A stretch of DNA of 64,000 nt from a virus. Both the position numbers and the translations under genes were made by a program. The DNA lies in IMG/VR virus record IMGVR_UViG_3300021962_000040, positions 53,754 through 117,753 of that record, one strand, 5' to 3'. Of the stretch, positions 47,470 to 56,145 are shown one piece after another. How positions within the stretch are numbered: the first letter of the stretch is position 1; every line of letters begins with the position of its first letter. The notes below the pieces were generated by a model. The model saw nothing but the letters and a program-made list of their open reading frames with translations. It was not told the DNA's origin and did no database searches.

Positions 47470-48597
47470 ATGGCAACATTTATACAAGAAGTATTAGGAC
47501 TTCTAGCAAAAAAGAAAACAGTAAATACTCTTATCAAAGATAAAGATTACTTTGAGTTAGGTAGAAAAAGAGATAGCAAACTTGTAACGGGTGGTTATAG
47601 TCCGGAAATGGATGCTCTTGCTATTAAAGCAGAGGATCTTATGTGTGTTATGTTAAGTAACACATTACAAGGTGGTGTTAACTATGTTCCTATTTTTTCT
47701 CCTCCAATCCCTGGATCTAACTGTCCTAAAGGACCTTTAGTAAATTCTAAACTTTATCAGAATCCTAGTACAGGTACTCTTGAGTTTAAAGATGATGCTA
47801 AATTTGAGCACGGTGTAATTGACACTGCAGGTTCTTATGGTACTGCAGGTCAAGTACTTGCATCAACAGTAACTGGTGTGCAATGGGTTACTAATGGTTC
47901 AGGTACTGTAACATCAGTAGATGTTTCTGGTGGTACAACCGGTTTAACATTTAGTGGTGGTCCTATTACAGGTAGCGGTATTCTTACTTTAGGTGGAGTT
48001 CTTGCTCCTGCTAATGGTGGTGACCAAGTTGTAACAATTACTGCAGGTGCCAACGTAACTGTAACAGGATCTTATCCTAACTTTACTGTTGCTGCAACAG
48101 CTACTTCAGTTCCAAAAGCTTATTTATCAGCACAATGGAAAGGTACAATTAACCCATACTTTCCTATTCCTAATACAGGCTTGCCTGTAGAGATTCCTTT
48201 TGACAATACATATTATGCGTTCAATGATGGAGGTGCTGCTGGTATTGGATTTTATAATCCAACTCCAACTGAAGCAAGATTTGTAATTGGTCAAACTGGA
48301 TTATACAAAGTTTCATTAAGCTTGAATCTAGATAATCAAAGTGAAACACTTGTCACAGCTTTGAGAGCTTTCTTATTTGACAATACAATTGGTCAAAGAG
48401 TGTTGCAGTTAATCTATGATGTCCCTGCAACATCTTCTATTGACAATTTAAGATTATACAAAGGTTCTTCAGACTTTATATTAACAGCATCACATGAGTA
48501 TTCTATCATTGTTGATGCTAATGGTAGTGGATCAGGTAGCAATCCTGTTTATAACTATGCTGTTACTGATATCACCTTTGAGTCAATCAAGATTTAA
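47470..48597 (+). CDS. Fibre/spike protein with C1q/TNF-like C-terminal head
   Basis: GTAGQVLAST and GTVTSVDVSGGTTGLTFSGGPITGSG fibre motifs; IPFD...QTGLYKVSLSL C1q-like pattern. Confidence 0.6.
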   Translation: MATFIQEVLGLLAKKKTVNTLIKDKDYFELGRKRDSKLVTGGYSPEMDALAIKAEDLMCVMLSNTLQGGVNYVPIFSPPIPGSNCPKGPLVNSKLYQNPSTGTLEFKDDAKFEHGVIDTAGSYGTAGQVLASTVTGVQWVTNGSGTVTSVDVSGGTTGLTFSGGPITGSGILTLGGVLAPANGGDQVVTITAGANVTVTGSYPNFTVAATATSVPKAYLSAQWKGTINPYFPIPNTGLPVEIPFDNTYYAFNDGGAAGIGFYNPTPTEARFVIGQTGLYKVSLSLNLDNQSETLVTALRAFLFDNTIGQRVLQLIYDVPATSSIDNLRLYKGSSDFILTASHEYSIIVDANGSGSGSNPVYNYAVTDITFESIKI

Positions 48598-48888
48598 TCT
48601 TTTAAATTTAGGGGAGCATCCCAATAAGATGCTCCTTCTTATACTGTCTTTAATGTACTTAGAGGTCTTCAATTTTTTGAGGACTTCTTCCATTATATCC
48701 TCAAACAGTTTCTGATCAATCTCATACTGGTCATAGGGTATAACTCTTTGACCATGTTCATTTATAGGGGACTCTTCAATTAATAAATCAAAGTCAACCG
48801 GTGGAGTAGATGCAGCATATAACTCACGATAAATCTGCATCATTGCGTCTTCTATTCTTTTTTGTTTCACAATCTTACTAGCTTTCAT
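48583..48888 (-). CDS. Hypothetical protein
   Basis: 101 aa. Last gene of the minus-strand arm. Confidence 0.6.
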   Translation of the reverse strand: MKASKIVKQKRIEDAMMQIYRELYAASTPPVDFDLLIEESPINEHGQRVIPYDQYEIDQKLFEDIMEEVLKKLKTSKYIKDSIRRSILLGCSPKFKRLNLD

Positions 48889-49060
48889 TAACTACTGATA
48901 TCTGGACTTTTTTAAGAAAGTTATCAAACTCTCTCTCAGAAATCCATCTGGGTTTTTGTAAATACATTACAGGTGAATGAACTGACCCATCTACTTTATA
49001 GATAATCACGGACTTTCTAATACTTCTACTTTTGTCTATATAGTATTTTACTTCCGGCAT
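48878..49060 (-). CDS. Hypothetical protein
   Basis: 60 aa. Overlaps both neighbours in operon fashion. Confidence 0.55.
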   Translation of the reverse strand: MPEVKYYIDKSRSIRKSVIIYKVDGSVHSPVMYLQKPRWISEREFDNFLKKVQISVVNES

Positions 49061-49296
49061 AATTCTGTAATCTTATCTTCAACAAGTCTTTCTTGTACTT
49101 TATCAAGACCTGTGCAATAGAATCTACCTTCACCAAACTTTGCTTTGATTTGGCTGTAAGTAAATCCGGGCTTCTTTATAAAGTCTTGGAATTGTTTATC
49201 CAACCACTCTGTAAATTCTGGTATATCTATACCAAGACCATAATGACCTTCTTCAAGGTGCTCCTTATACTTCTCATTAAATTGTTCTGATGTCAT
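49048..49296 (-). CDS. Hypothetical protein
   Basis: Start at MTSEQF (ATGA overlap). SQIKAKFGEGRFY resembles the phage QIKEKFG.LRFY motif family. Confidence 0.6.
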   Translation of the reverse strand: MTSEQFNEKYKEHLEEGHYGLGIDIPEFTEWLDKQFQDFIKKPGFTYSQIKAKFGEGRFYCTGLDKVQERLVEDKITELCRK

Positions 49297-49535
49297 GTGT
49301 ATGAAATTATAGGGTGTTGATGTTTTTCTAAACCACAGTTTACACACTTAGTAGCAGAACTGTTTGAAGGATCTGGTGTAAAAGCAGCACAAAGTCTTGT
49401 GGTTGATGTACCGGTGGTTATTGTAGTTGTTACTGTACTTTGCGGACAATGTAAGCACATTGAAGTAGTGGGAGAGTAAACTCTTTTACATTTAGGACAC
49501 TCCCATCCTTGATTAATAAAATTGTAATTATACAT
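49293..49535 (-). CDS. Small Zn-finger protein
   Basis: GWECPKCKRVYSP..CLHC and C..CVNC..H. Confidence 0.6.
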   Translation of the reverse strand: MYNYNFINQGWECPKCKRVYSPTTSMCLHCPQSTVTTTITTGTSTTRLCAAFTPDPSNSSATKCVNCGLEKHQHPIISYT

Positions 49536-49782
49536 TGTTATCTTTATTAGTGTTGGTTGGAAAATCTCTAGCTATCTTTTCATTGATAGCCTCAGCAATA
49601 AACTTACCTACAGTATCTTGAAATACTGCAGCTTCAATCTCGGTTTCAAATTCATTTTGCAATGCACCCCATCCTCTAATCTCTCCTACCATTTGAGAAC
49701 CTCCATCATCATTTTGTTTGCTCCATAAATACTGACCCCATTGGTCATAGTAAACATCTTTAAGCCATTCTTTTAATGTCAT
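49528..49782 (-). CDS. Hypothetical protein
   Basis: 84 aa. Its start codon lies inside repeat copy 1. Confidence 0.6.
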   Translation of the reverse strand: MTLKEWLKDVYYDQWGQYLWSKQNDDGGSQMVGEIRGWGALQNEFETEIEAAVFQDTVGKFIAEAINEKIARDFPTNTNKDNNV

Positions 49783-50024
49783 TGCTCACCTCCTCCGTAG
49801 GTTTCGTTGTAGTATTGTTCACCAGTTATTGGTAATGTACTTTCAGGATAATCAATTCCATGAACTGTTCCTTTGTTGTATGCAGTTTCAATTCTTTCCT
49901 TCTCCATTTCTTTGGCTTTGTTATGCCCAGTAATAAAAGCATTTCTTTCTGAATTACTGAATGGATAAAGTTTCATTGCCAATTCTGCAACATCCACTGC
50001 CGTTTGTTGTTTATTGTTTGTCAT
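49779..50024 (-). CDS. Small modular hypothetical protein
   Basis: MTNNKQQTAV...KAKEMEKERI...EQYYNETYGGGEQ. Confidence 0.6.
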   Translation of the reverse strand: MTNNKQQTAVDVAELAMKLYPFSNSERNAFITGHNKAKEMEKERIETAYNKGTVHGIDYPESTLPITGEQYYNETYGGGEQ

Positions 50025-50029
50025 TGCTT

Positions 50030-50230
50030 TTAAATATAAAAATTTATATCTTCAAATTTTATTTCAGTTATAGAATCATCCATAATTTCTTTATTACTAT
50101 GTCCAATTACTATAACGGAATAATACTTACCATCCAATTCATACACTTGGTATGCGGAATCCTTAACCCATTCACCTTCTCCGATGAATTTTGCTTTATC
50201 TAAATCTATTTGTTGTTTATTGTTTGTCAT
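50030..50230 (-). CDS. Small hypothetical protein
   Basis: 66 aa. Shares the MTNNKQQ N-terminus with 49779..50024. Confidence 0.6.
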   Translation of the reverse strand: MTNNKQQIDLDKAKFIGEGEWVKDSAYQVYELDGKYYSVIVIGHSNKEIMDDSITEIKFEDINFYI

Positions 50231-50367
50231 TGCTCACCTCCTCCGTAGGTTTCGTTATAAGTGTATTCCTTTTGTTGTTCTGCCAAAATCTCTTTACCTC
50301 TTTTAGAGATAATATTATGTGCATCATTAATAAAAATGCTCTTAATTGCGTTCCATATATATTTCAT
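50227..50367 (-). CDS. 46-aa protein (not in the ORF track)
   Basis: MKYIWNAIKSIFINDAHNIISKRGKEILAEQQKEYTYNETYGGGEQ. Begins and ends in repeat copies. Confidence 0.6.
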   Translation of the reverse strand: MKYIWNAIKSIFINDAHNIISKRGKEILAEQQKEYTYNETYGGGEQ

Positions 50368-50386
50368 TGCTCACCTCCTCCGTAGG

Positions 50387-50614
50387 TTATTGAGGACTAA
50401 GTCCACATTTATGTTTATGTTGTACATACCACATGATTCTAAATCTATATAGCACAAAGAAATATGTGTCAAATTCATTTATCTCATCAGTTGTTTTGTA
50501 TATCCCTGTGTGATAAACTGACTTCGGTAATTTCACATTCTTTGCAGATTTAGGAAATATATTAAATGCAATAGAATGCCTCTTTGTTAATTGAAAACTT
50601 TTATACATACTCAT
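50387..50614 (-). CDS. Hypothetical protein
   Basis: 75 aa, ATGA-coupled. Confidence 0.5.
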   Translation of the reverse strand: MSMYKSFQLTKRHSIAFNIFPKSAKNVKLPKSVYHTGIYKTTDEINEFDTYFFVLYRFRIMWYVQHKHKCGLSPQ

Positions 50615-50955
50615 CTTTTTAGAATTTCTAATACATAAATTGAGTTCTTAGTTCTGAACCTAATCTTATTCTTCTTTACATAAAAGAGTTCAGTAATTGC
50701 AGTGGTTTGCCATGTGAATGATATCCTTGGATCAAGAATCAAAGATCTACCTACTGCAGGTTCATCATATGCTTTTTTAAAACTACCATCAAAATTAAAC
50801 TCAAGCCATTTAATACTGGTACCTCTTTTAGTTAAACCATCAGACTCTCTAGTGAGTTTATACTGAAAACGTTTAGGTACACTTAGTTTCATTTTGTCTT
50901 GCTCTAAAACTTCCGCTATAGAGTCATCCTTTCTAGATTTTTTATTAACTGTCAT
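50611..50955 (-). CDS. Hypothetical protein
   Basis: 114 aa. WQTTAITE..FRTKNSIY motif recalled from phage hypothetical proteins. Confidence 0.6.
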   Translation of the reverse strand: MTVNKKSRKDDSIAEVLEQDKMKLSVPKRFQYKLTRESDGLTKRGTSIKWLEFNFDGSFKKAYDEPAVGRSLILDPRISFTWQTTAITELFYVKKNKIRFRTKNSIYVLEILKR

Positions 50956-51244
50956 GGCCTTTGTATTTTACATATTCAATACTCATGTTTGTAACAACTT
51001 GCTGCAAGAGCATCATTAACTCCATAGCTTTATTATAGTCAAGATCTTTTTGATTAATCTTGGTTAGAATTTTAATGCCATTTCCATCATCACGTAATTT
51101 CATTACCGTGGTTTCTCTGACATGTTCAGACCATTCTTCTGAGTTACTGTATTTGAGTTCAAATACTAAACCCTTGTCTGTCATATATTCATGTAGAACA
51201 TAATCAAATTTTCCTTCTACTAATACTATTGTTTGTTTTTCCAT
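50945..51244 (-). CDS. Hypothetical protein
   Basis: 99 aa. Confidence 0.55.
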   Translation of the reverse strand: MEKQTIVLVEGKFDYVLHEYMTDKGLVFELKYSNSEEWSEHVRETTVMKLRDDGNGIKILTKINQKDLDYNKAMELMMLLQQVVTNMSIEYVKYKGHDS

Positions 51245-51316
51245 TGTTTCTTTTTAAAAGAGAGCCCGGATAGGACAGGCCGCTATCCGGGGTTGGTTCT
51301 CTCAGCTAGTTTAACC

Positions 51317-51391
51317 CTAAAACCTGTCTTTATTTTTCATGAGTCCTCTAATAATAAGGATGCCTCCAATAAGTGTTAATACTATCCACAT
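51317..51391 (-). CDS. Putative 24-aa single-TM peptide
   Basis: MWIVLTLIGGILIIRGLMKNKDRF. TAATG-coupled to the upstream gene. Confidence 0.4.
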   Translation of the reverse strand: MWIVLTLIGGILIIRGLMKNKDRF

Positions 51392-52260
51392 TATTCAAGC
51401 ATCATTTTAGAAAGCTCCATTGCTGCAAAAGTAGATTCAAAATCAACTTCTACTAAGTGGCTCTCATCAATCAAGACATCAAAGTCAGCAATCTTGATGC
51501 TGTCATTATTAGTAAAGTTATTATTAGATAAAAACTCTACAGTTATGAAGTCATGAAACTCCTTTGTATTTGATAACCAGCTTCTTGGATGTGTCTTTTT
51601 TAAGGCATGTGTAACGTGATTGTAAAAGGCCCATGCATTAGTTTGATCAACGCTGTAATCAAAGCTTGCTTTCTCCATTTCAGACTTAATAATAGTAAGC
51701 TGTGTAGGTTCAAGTATCTCATGTTCATAATACAAACGTCCTGCAAGTTCTGCTTGCTGCTTTTTAGATAACTCAATGTTCTTAAGATTGTCTCTATCTG
51801 CAAGGATACGTTTGAAAGTTTTCTCAGCATTCTTGATTTGACTAGAGATTTGAGAAATGATATCTAAATCTGCAGTACCTGTATGCTTTCTAGAGAAGTT
51901 CATTTCTCCACAAACCATTCCATTATTACAAACCATTACATAGGCCCCAATAGAACATTGGAAACGTATTGATTTGTCATAGGAGTTTGTCCAGGCAAAC
52001 ATCATCCCAAGCTCAGATTCATTATTGATTTCCGAATCTAATGTACTTGGTGTGATATAATAAATACCCTGAGCAACATTTGCTCCTTGATTAGCTCTAA
52101 ACACTTCTTTGGTGATCTTGAAACCACTGTCAGTTAAGAGTTTAGTTGTGTTATCCATCACAAATTTATGTGATATAACTGTGTAAGAGTCTGCGTGATT
52201 AGGCAGACTGGCATTCTCCAGAAACATTCTGGATACTTCTGTTGGTTTTTTGTACCCCAT
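51391..52260 (-). CDS. DUF932-like protein
   Basis: NSYDKS..IGAYVMVCNNGMV..RKHTG and AWAFYNHVTHALK motifs. Confidence 0.7.
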   Translation of the reverse strand: MGYKKPTEVSRMFLENASLPNHADSYTVISHKFVMDNTTKLLTDSGFKITKEVFRANQGANVAQGIYYITPSTLDSEINNESELGMMFAWTNSYDKSIRFQCSIGAYVMVCNNGMVCGEMNFSRKHTGTADLDIISQISSQIKNAEKTFKRILADRDNLKNIELSKKQQAELAGRLYYEHEILEPTQLTIIKSEMEKASFDYSVDQTNAWAFYNHVTHALKKTHPRSWLSNTKEFHDFITVEFLSNNNFTNNDSIKIADFDVLIDESHLVEVDFESTFAAMELSKMMLE

Positions 52261-52311
52261 GGTTTAAACTTTTGTTGTGTAAATATAATTAATTGTACTG
52301 TAACAAACAAA

Positions 52312-53151
52312 TTAAAATATATATCTGATGGTATTTTCTTGAAAATACTGAGTGTATATAGTTTTAAATTTGTCAATGAGTTTGGATTTATAGGTCAATG
52401 GGTACCTCATTATTAGCTCACTATTCTTGATTTCTGAGCTGTATTTCATAAGCTCTTGAGCTAATTCTGAAGATCTGGCCATTTGTCTAGAATGATTAGT
52501 AAGTGCAATAACTTCACACTTGTTCTCACCGGCCACTTCTCTGACCTCTTTAAAAAGATTATTGTAATGTTCCTCCCATCCTGGATAGAATATAACAGGA
52601 CTGTAATTACAATGTACTTCCCAACCCAAGGCTTTAATTCTATCTATGTCTCTGATTCTGCTTGATATACTTTGCATTTTAGGTTCCAGTATATCAGAAT
52701 ATATCTGAGGCATAAGGCTTACCCTAACTCTAGGTTTCTTATTGAAGTGATTTACATCTATCTTCAATAGACTAGGATACTTGGTAGCCATTGTAGTATT
52801 TAACCGTGGATGATTATCATATCTTTTTAAGTAATCTATCAGGGGTTCAGGTAAATGTTTCTGCATTAAGACTAAGTCTGTATTGCATGCTATATCTACC
52901 ATAGTGTATATAGGGTCTTGTTGATCTGGTACCTTAGTGTATTCCTTTTCCCATTCAACTACAGACTGAAATATGTCTTCAACATTTGTGTTTACAAAGA
53001 CTCTCTCACCATTATATCTAGACATATAGCAATAAGTGCTAACGCATCCACCAAAGCAACCGTATATTAGGTTAGGGGCAATGCAGTTAGCACTATTATT
53101 ATTGTCTTTAGTTACAAGAGTCTTGGTCTTTTGAACCTTAATCACTTGCAA
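52312..53151 (-). CDS. Spore photoproduct lyase (SplB)-like radical SAM protein
   Basis: GCFGGCVSTYCY cluster motif; DIACNTD, ATKY, RVRVSLMPQ, NYSPVI, MRY. Confidence 0.75.
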   Translation of the reverse strand: MQVIKVQKTKTLVTKDNNNSANCIAPNLIYGCFGGCVSTYCYMSRYNGERVFVNTNVEDIFQSVVEWEKEYTKVPDQQDPIYTMVDIACNTDLVLMQKHLPEPLIDYLKRYDNHPRLNTTMATKYPSLLKIDVNHFNKKPRVRVSLMPQIYSDILEPKMQSISSRIRDIDRIKALGWEVHCNYSPVIFYPGWEEHYNNLFKEVREVAGENKCEVIALTNHSRQMARSSELAQELMKYSSEIKNSELIMRYPLTYKSKLIDKFKTIYTQYFQENTIRYIF

Positions 53152-53317
53152 TTATTTCTTGAATATCATTAATAGCAAGTTGGCACTCATGCATTTCAGA
53201 GCCACCTTCTTCTATTTCTGATAAAGCTAAATAGTAAATATCCTTAATGATTTCTTTCTTACTAGGATATTCAAGCATGCATTGCTGCACAAATTTGTAT
53301 AAATCTGCTTTTACCAT
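53138..53317 (-). CDS. 59-aa hypothetical protein (not in the ORF track)
   Basis: MVKADLYKFVQQCMLEYP...EIEEGGSEMHECQLAINDIQEIIASD. Fills the gap between neighbours. Confidence 0.55.
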   Translation of the reverse strand: MVKADLYKFVQQCMLEYPSKKEIIKDIYYLALSEIEEGGSEMHECQLAINDIQEIIASD

Positions 53318-53514
53318 TTTGAATATGTAAATAGTACTGTAAAATAAAGCCAGCCTAAGTGAAGCTTAATGTCCCTTGGGCCTGTCTTTGAGATTGCAAA
53401 TAAAGGCAGAGGATAAAAGTATACATATGGATACTGTCTCTGCCCCTGTTTCTTTTTATAAAAGTTGAAAGCTTCTACTTTAATCATTATTGTAAAGTCC
53501 TGAGTCCTCATCAT
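53311..53514 (-). CDS. Small hypothetical protein
   Basis: Aromatic-rich. Real start is probably MIKVEAF. Confidence 0.45.
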   Translation of the reverse strand: MMRTQDFTIMIKVEAFNFYKKKQGQRQYPYVYFYPLPLFAISKTGPRDIKLHLGWLYFTVLFTYSKW

Positions 53515-54163
53515 CCTTCATCATTTGAATGAGAGCTTCTTTCTGTCTTTTCTTTTCTGCTTTTTTTTCTAAAGCTTGAAGTTGCTTTTCCAATCTATCA
53601 ATACTTCCCCAAATAATACTTGCATTAGGATCTAATAACTTAATTTCAGCTACTATTTCTTCCTGTCTACCTCTACTATAAAATCCATGTTCAATATCAT
53701 TAGCAAGATCTTGCAAGTGCATGGGAGCATGAATTGAAATACGTAAATCATAGTCTTGCCATTTTGCTTTCCAATCAATAAAAGCAATTCCATTTGTTAA
53801 TTTCCTAAGCAAATTGTGCAAAGTCCAGTTACGGACTCTAACAATTGATTTGTCAGAACCAAATACATGTAAGAAACGTAAGAACCATCTTGGGCACCAT
53901 TTTGGTTTAGCTTCATGGTCTAAAGCAAGTACTAAAGGATAGAGTGCTTTGAAATAGGAACCTTCTTCATTCCATATTTGTGTTCCTAAATATCCATACT
54001 TCTCAAATCCTTTTGGAAAGAAAATATAACGGATATCATCCAATTCTATACTTCTAGTGTAAATCATACCTTTAGAACGTCCTCTCCAGAACAAAAGACT
54101 TTTTAAAAAATCCTTTGTCTTTTGAGTGAATGTTCTCTTGTCTACTGCTTTGAACTTACTCAT
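53480..54163 (-). CDS. Hypothetical protein
   Basis: 227 aa, coupled to thyX. Confidence 0.6.
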   Translation of the reverse strand: MSKFKAVDKRTFTQKTKDFLKSLLFWRGRSKGMIYTRSIELDDIRYIFFPKGFEKYGYLGTQIWNEEGSYFKALYPLVLALDHEAKPKWCPRWFLRFLHVFGSDKSIVRVRNWTLHNLLRKLTNGIAFIDWKAKWQDYDLRISIHAPMHLQDLANDIEHGFYSRGRQEEIVAEIKLLDPNASIIWGSIDRLEKQLQALEKKAEKKRQKEALIQMMKDDEDSGLYNND

Positions 54164-54852
54164 AACTTAAAAGCTTTAATTGTTTTTTCAAATGGATTAC
54201 CTGGTAAATCTTTTACAATTTGTAACATCTGTTGTGCCAGTTCTCTTACTTCTTTTTGTGCGTGTTCTGAATTACGCAACTTTAGGAAGTGATAAAAGCT
54301 TCTCCAGTTAAACATAACATCCATGGTGATCTGTGAGTTAAAAGTTTTAAAGAATCTAGCAGATTCCTTAGCCCTCTTTCTACCAAGAACAGGTGTTAGA
54401 TCTTTAAGACATGCATGATAAAGGTAATTTGATATCTCAGTAAAATCTTTCATTACCTGATACCAGTCATCAGCATTTACCTTCCAAGATAATTCATCAT
54501 CAGAATTTTCATCATGTAAATACAAGTCTTCTGATAACGGGATACCTTTAAAGTCTTCAGGTAAATACATCTTGTCCTCTTTTAGTTCTTTATATCTAGC
54601 AGACTCACCATTAATAGAAACTCCAATACGGTGTTTTAATAAATGAATGTGAGTAGCTTGATCTACAGTGACTAAAAAGTGTAAACTAGATTTCTCAAAT
54701 GGAGTATGATGACCTTCTGAGGCCAACATGTCTAGAAGTTTTTCAACTCTTTCTAATTTTTCTTCAGATAAATCTCTGGAAGTGCTGGTCCATGCAGATT
54801 GTGCATGAACCAAATCAGTTCCATAGAATCCTAAAAGTTCTACTTTATTCAT
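54160..54852 (-). CDS. thyX: FAD-dependent thymidylate synthase
   Basis: GHHTPFE, LLKHRIGVSINGESARY, KESAR, NWRSFYHFLKLRNSEHAQKEVRELA. Confidence 0.92.
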   Translation of the reverse strand: MNKVELLGFYGTDLVHAQSAWTSTSRDLSEEKLERVEKLLDMLASEGHHTPFEKSSLHFLVTVDQATHIHLLKHRIGVSINGESARYKELKEDKMYLPEDFKGIPLSEDLYLHDENSDDELSWKVNADDWYQVMKDFTEISNYLYHACLKDLTPVLGRKRAKESARFFKTFNSQITMDVMFNWRSFYHFLKLRNSEHAQKEVRELAQQMLQIVKDLPGNPFEKTIKAFKL

Positions 54853-55274
54853 AAAATTCCTTTTTCAATTAAGATTTCTTCAACTTTAATCCAATCAACA
54901 AATGGTCTAGGTGATACTGATAAGTCTAGTTTTAAGGGACATCCCAAAGCAGAATCATCAATCATAACTTCAGCATATGACTTTGGACTTGTTGTCCAAT
55001 TCTGCTGAGTTGGATTAGACTGAATTCCATACAAGGGAATATCATTCTCTTTAAACCAGTTGACAGCATCTGTTAAAAAGTTACCAGTTACATCCATAAT
55101 AGTAGGATCACCTGTTGCTTTTTTTTTAGATCTGTCAGCTCTCATAGTAAATAGAATTAACTGGTGACCAGCATCAGTTAACTTTTTTAATACCGGTACT
55201 GCACCAATATCTTTTCCTACGTGTGGAAAGTCATGGGATACAACTGTTCCATCAAAGTCAATGTTGAATGTCAT
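54849..55274 (-). CDS. HAD-superfamily phosphatase (BT0820-like)
   Basis: IDFDGTVV, LILFTMR, K.YAEVMIDD. Confidence 0.8.
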   Translation of the reverse strand: MTFNIDFDGTVVSHDFPHVGKDIGAVPVLKKLTDAGHQLILFTMRADRSKKKATGDPTIMDVTGNFLTDAVNWFKENDIPLYGIQSNPTQQNWTTSPKSYAEVMIDDSALGCPLKLDLSVSPRPFVDWIKVEEILIEKGIL

Positions 55275-55921
55275 ATTACATTTTCTTTTTCCAGAATCTC
55301 TCTAACAAGACTAATAAGCTTCTCAAGATCTCCATCATTGTTAATTGTGTAGTCAAACTCAAAGCCATCTAATGCAGTTTCACTTACATGATAACTTAAT
55401 GGCATTTCTTTGTATACTCCTGTATTAGGATCAGTATAACCATGGGGTCTAACTACTCTAATTGTAATACCGTGTCTTTTTTTAACAGCTTCCAATTCAT
55501 TAGGAAATCTCATGTCTGTAATAATCCAATGCATATCTTCTTTGAAGTCAGCAAATAGAGCATTGACCCATACGTTTTGATGAAGTCCATTTCTCATTGC
55601 TTCTGTTCCTAGTTTCTGAAGTAAGTCCCTAACGCTCATCATTTCTACAAATGTGACATCCTTGAATGGCTCAATTGCATTTAATGGATTTGATTTAGTT
55701 TCTTTACCCCATTCAGGACCCAAGATAGTTTTCTTAAACTTCTGGTCCTCAAACTTTTCTATAGAGATTCCGGTTAGCAAGCTTGCAACAATTTTTAATT
55801 TACCTGCAAACTTTCTAATGTCCCAGTCAGCACCGTTGTTAGTGATTGCTAACTGTCTGATAATGACACCAACAGTGTCTTTACCTGCACCAATTTTACC
55901 GCTAATACCTATGAGTCTCAT
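55271..55921 (-). CDS. Deoxynucleoside monophosphate kinase
   Basis: GISGKIGAGKDT, FAGKLK, RDLLQKLGTEAMR, ITDMRFPNE, HVSE. Confidence 0.88.
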   Translation of the reverse strand: MRLIGISGKIGAGKDTVGVIIRQLAITNNGADWDIRKFAGKLKIVASLLTGISIEKFEDQKFKKTILGPEWGKETKSNPLNAIEPFKDVTFVEMMSVRDLLQKLGTEAMRNGLHQNVWVNALFADFKEDMHWIITDMRFPNELEAVKKRHGITIRVVRPHGYTDPNTGVYKEMPLSYHVSETALDGFEFDYTINNDGDLEKLISLVREILEKENVI

Positions 55922-56145
55922 TCTTCTCCTGCTAATATGTCAAAGTGATCACCAAGACCTCTAACAACTTTACCAAGTTGCTTGGCCAAGTTCTTTACAG
56001 CTTCTGGTTCCAGAGAGTCAATCCATTTGTCTTGTACCTCTTCAGGGCAATCTTCAAAACAAGTTGGTTCACGCTTCTCTTCATCTTCAAACTTGTGGAA
56101 TATATAGATCCCACTTAAATTTCTACGGTTGATTTTTTGTTCCAT
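55918..56145 (-). CDS. Hypothetical protein
   Basis: 75 aa. RNLSGIY..CFEDC. Confidence 0.6.
   Translation of the reverse strand: MEQKINRRNLSGIYIFHKFEDEEKREPTCFEDCPEEVQDKWIDSLEPEAVKNLAKQLGKVVRGLGDHFDILAGEE

Larger units (their letters stand above)
49777..50388. repeat. Three dispersed direct repeats at gene junctions
   Basis: tgtcattgctcacctcctccgtaggtttcgtt at 49777-49808 and 50225-50256 (32 bp identical); 25-bp core at 50364-50388. A second repeat, tttgttgtttattgtttgtcattgct, at ~50003-50028 and ~50209-50234. Confidence 0.9.

Noticed and set aside
45058-48597. Diversity-generating retroelement acting on fibre genes
   Set aside because: No reverse transcriptase and no template/variable repeat pair seen in this window.
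49777-50388. CRISPR array
   Set aside because: Only three repeats, with unequal spacing (~450 and ~140 bp). The intervals are coding ORFs and there is no cas operon; the nuclease at 60718 fits a phage replication exonuclease.
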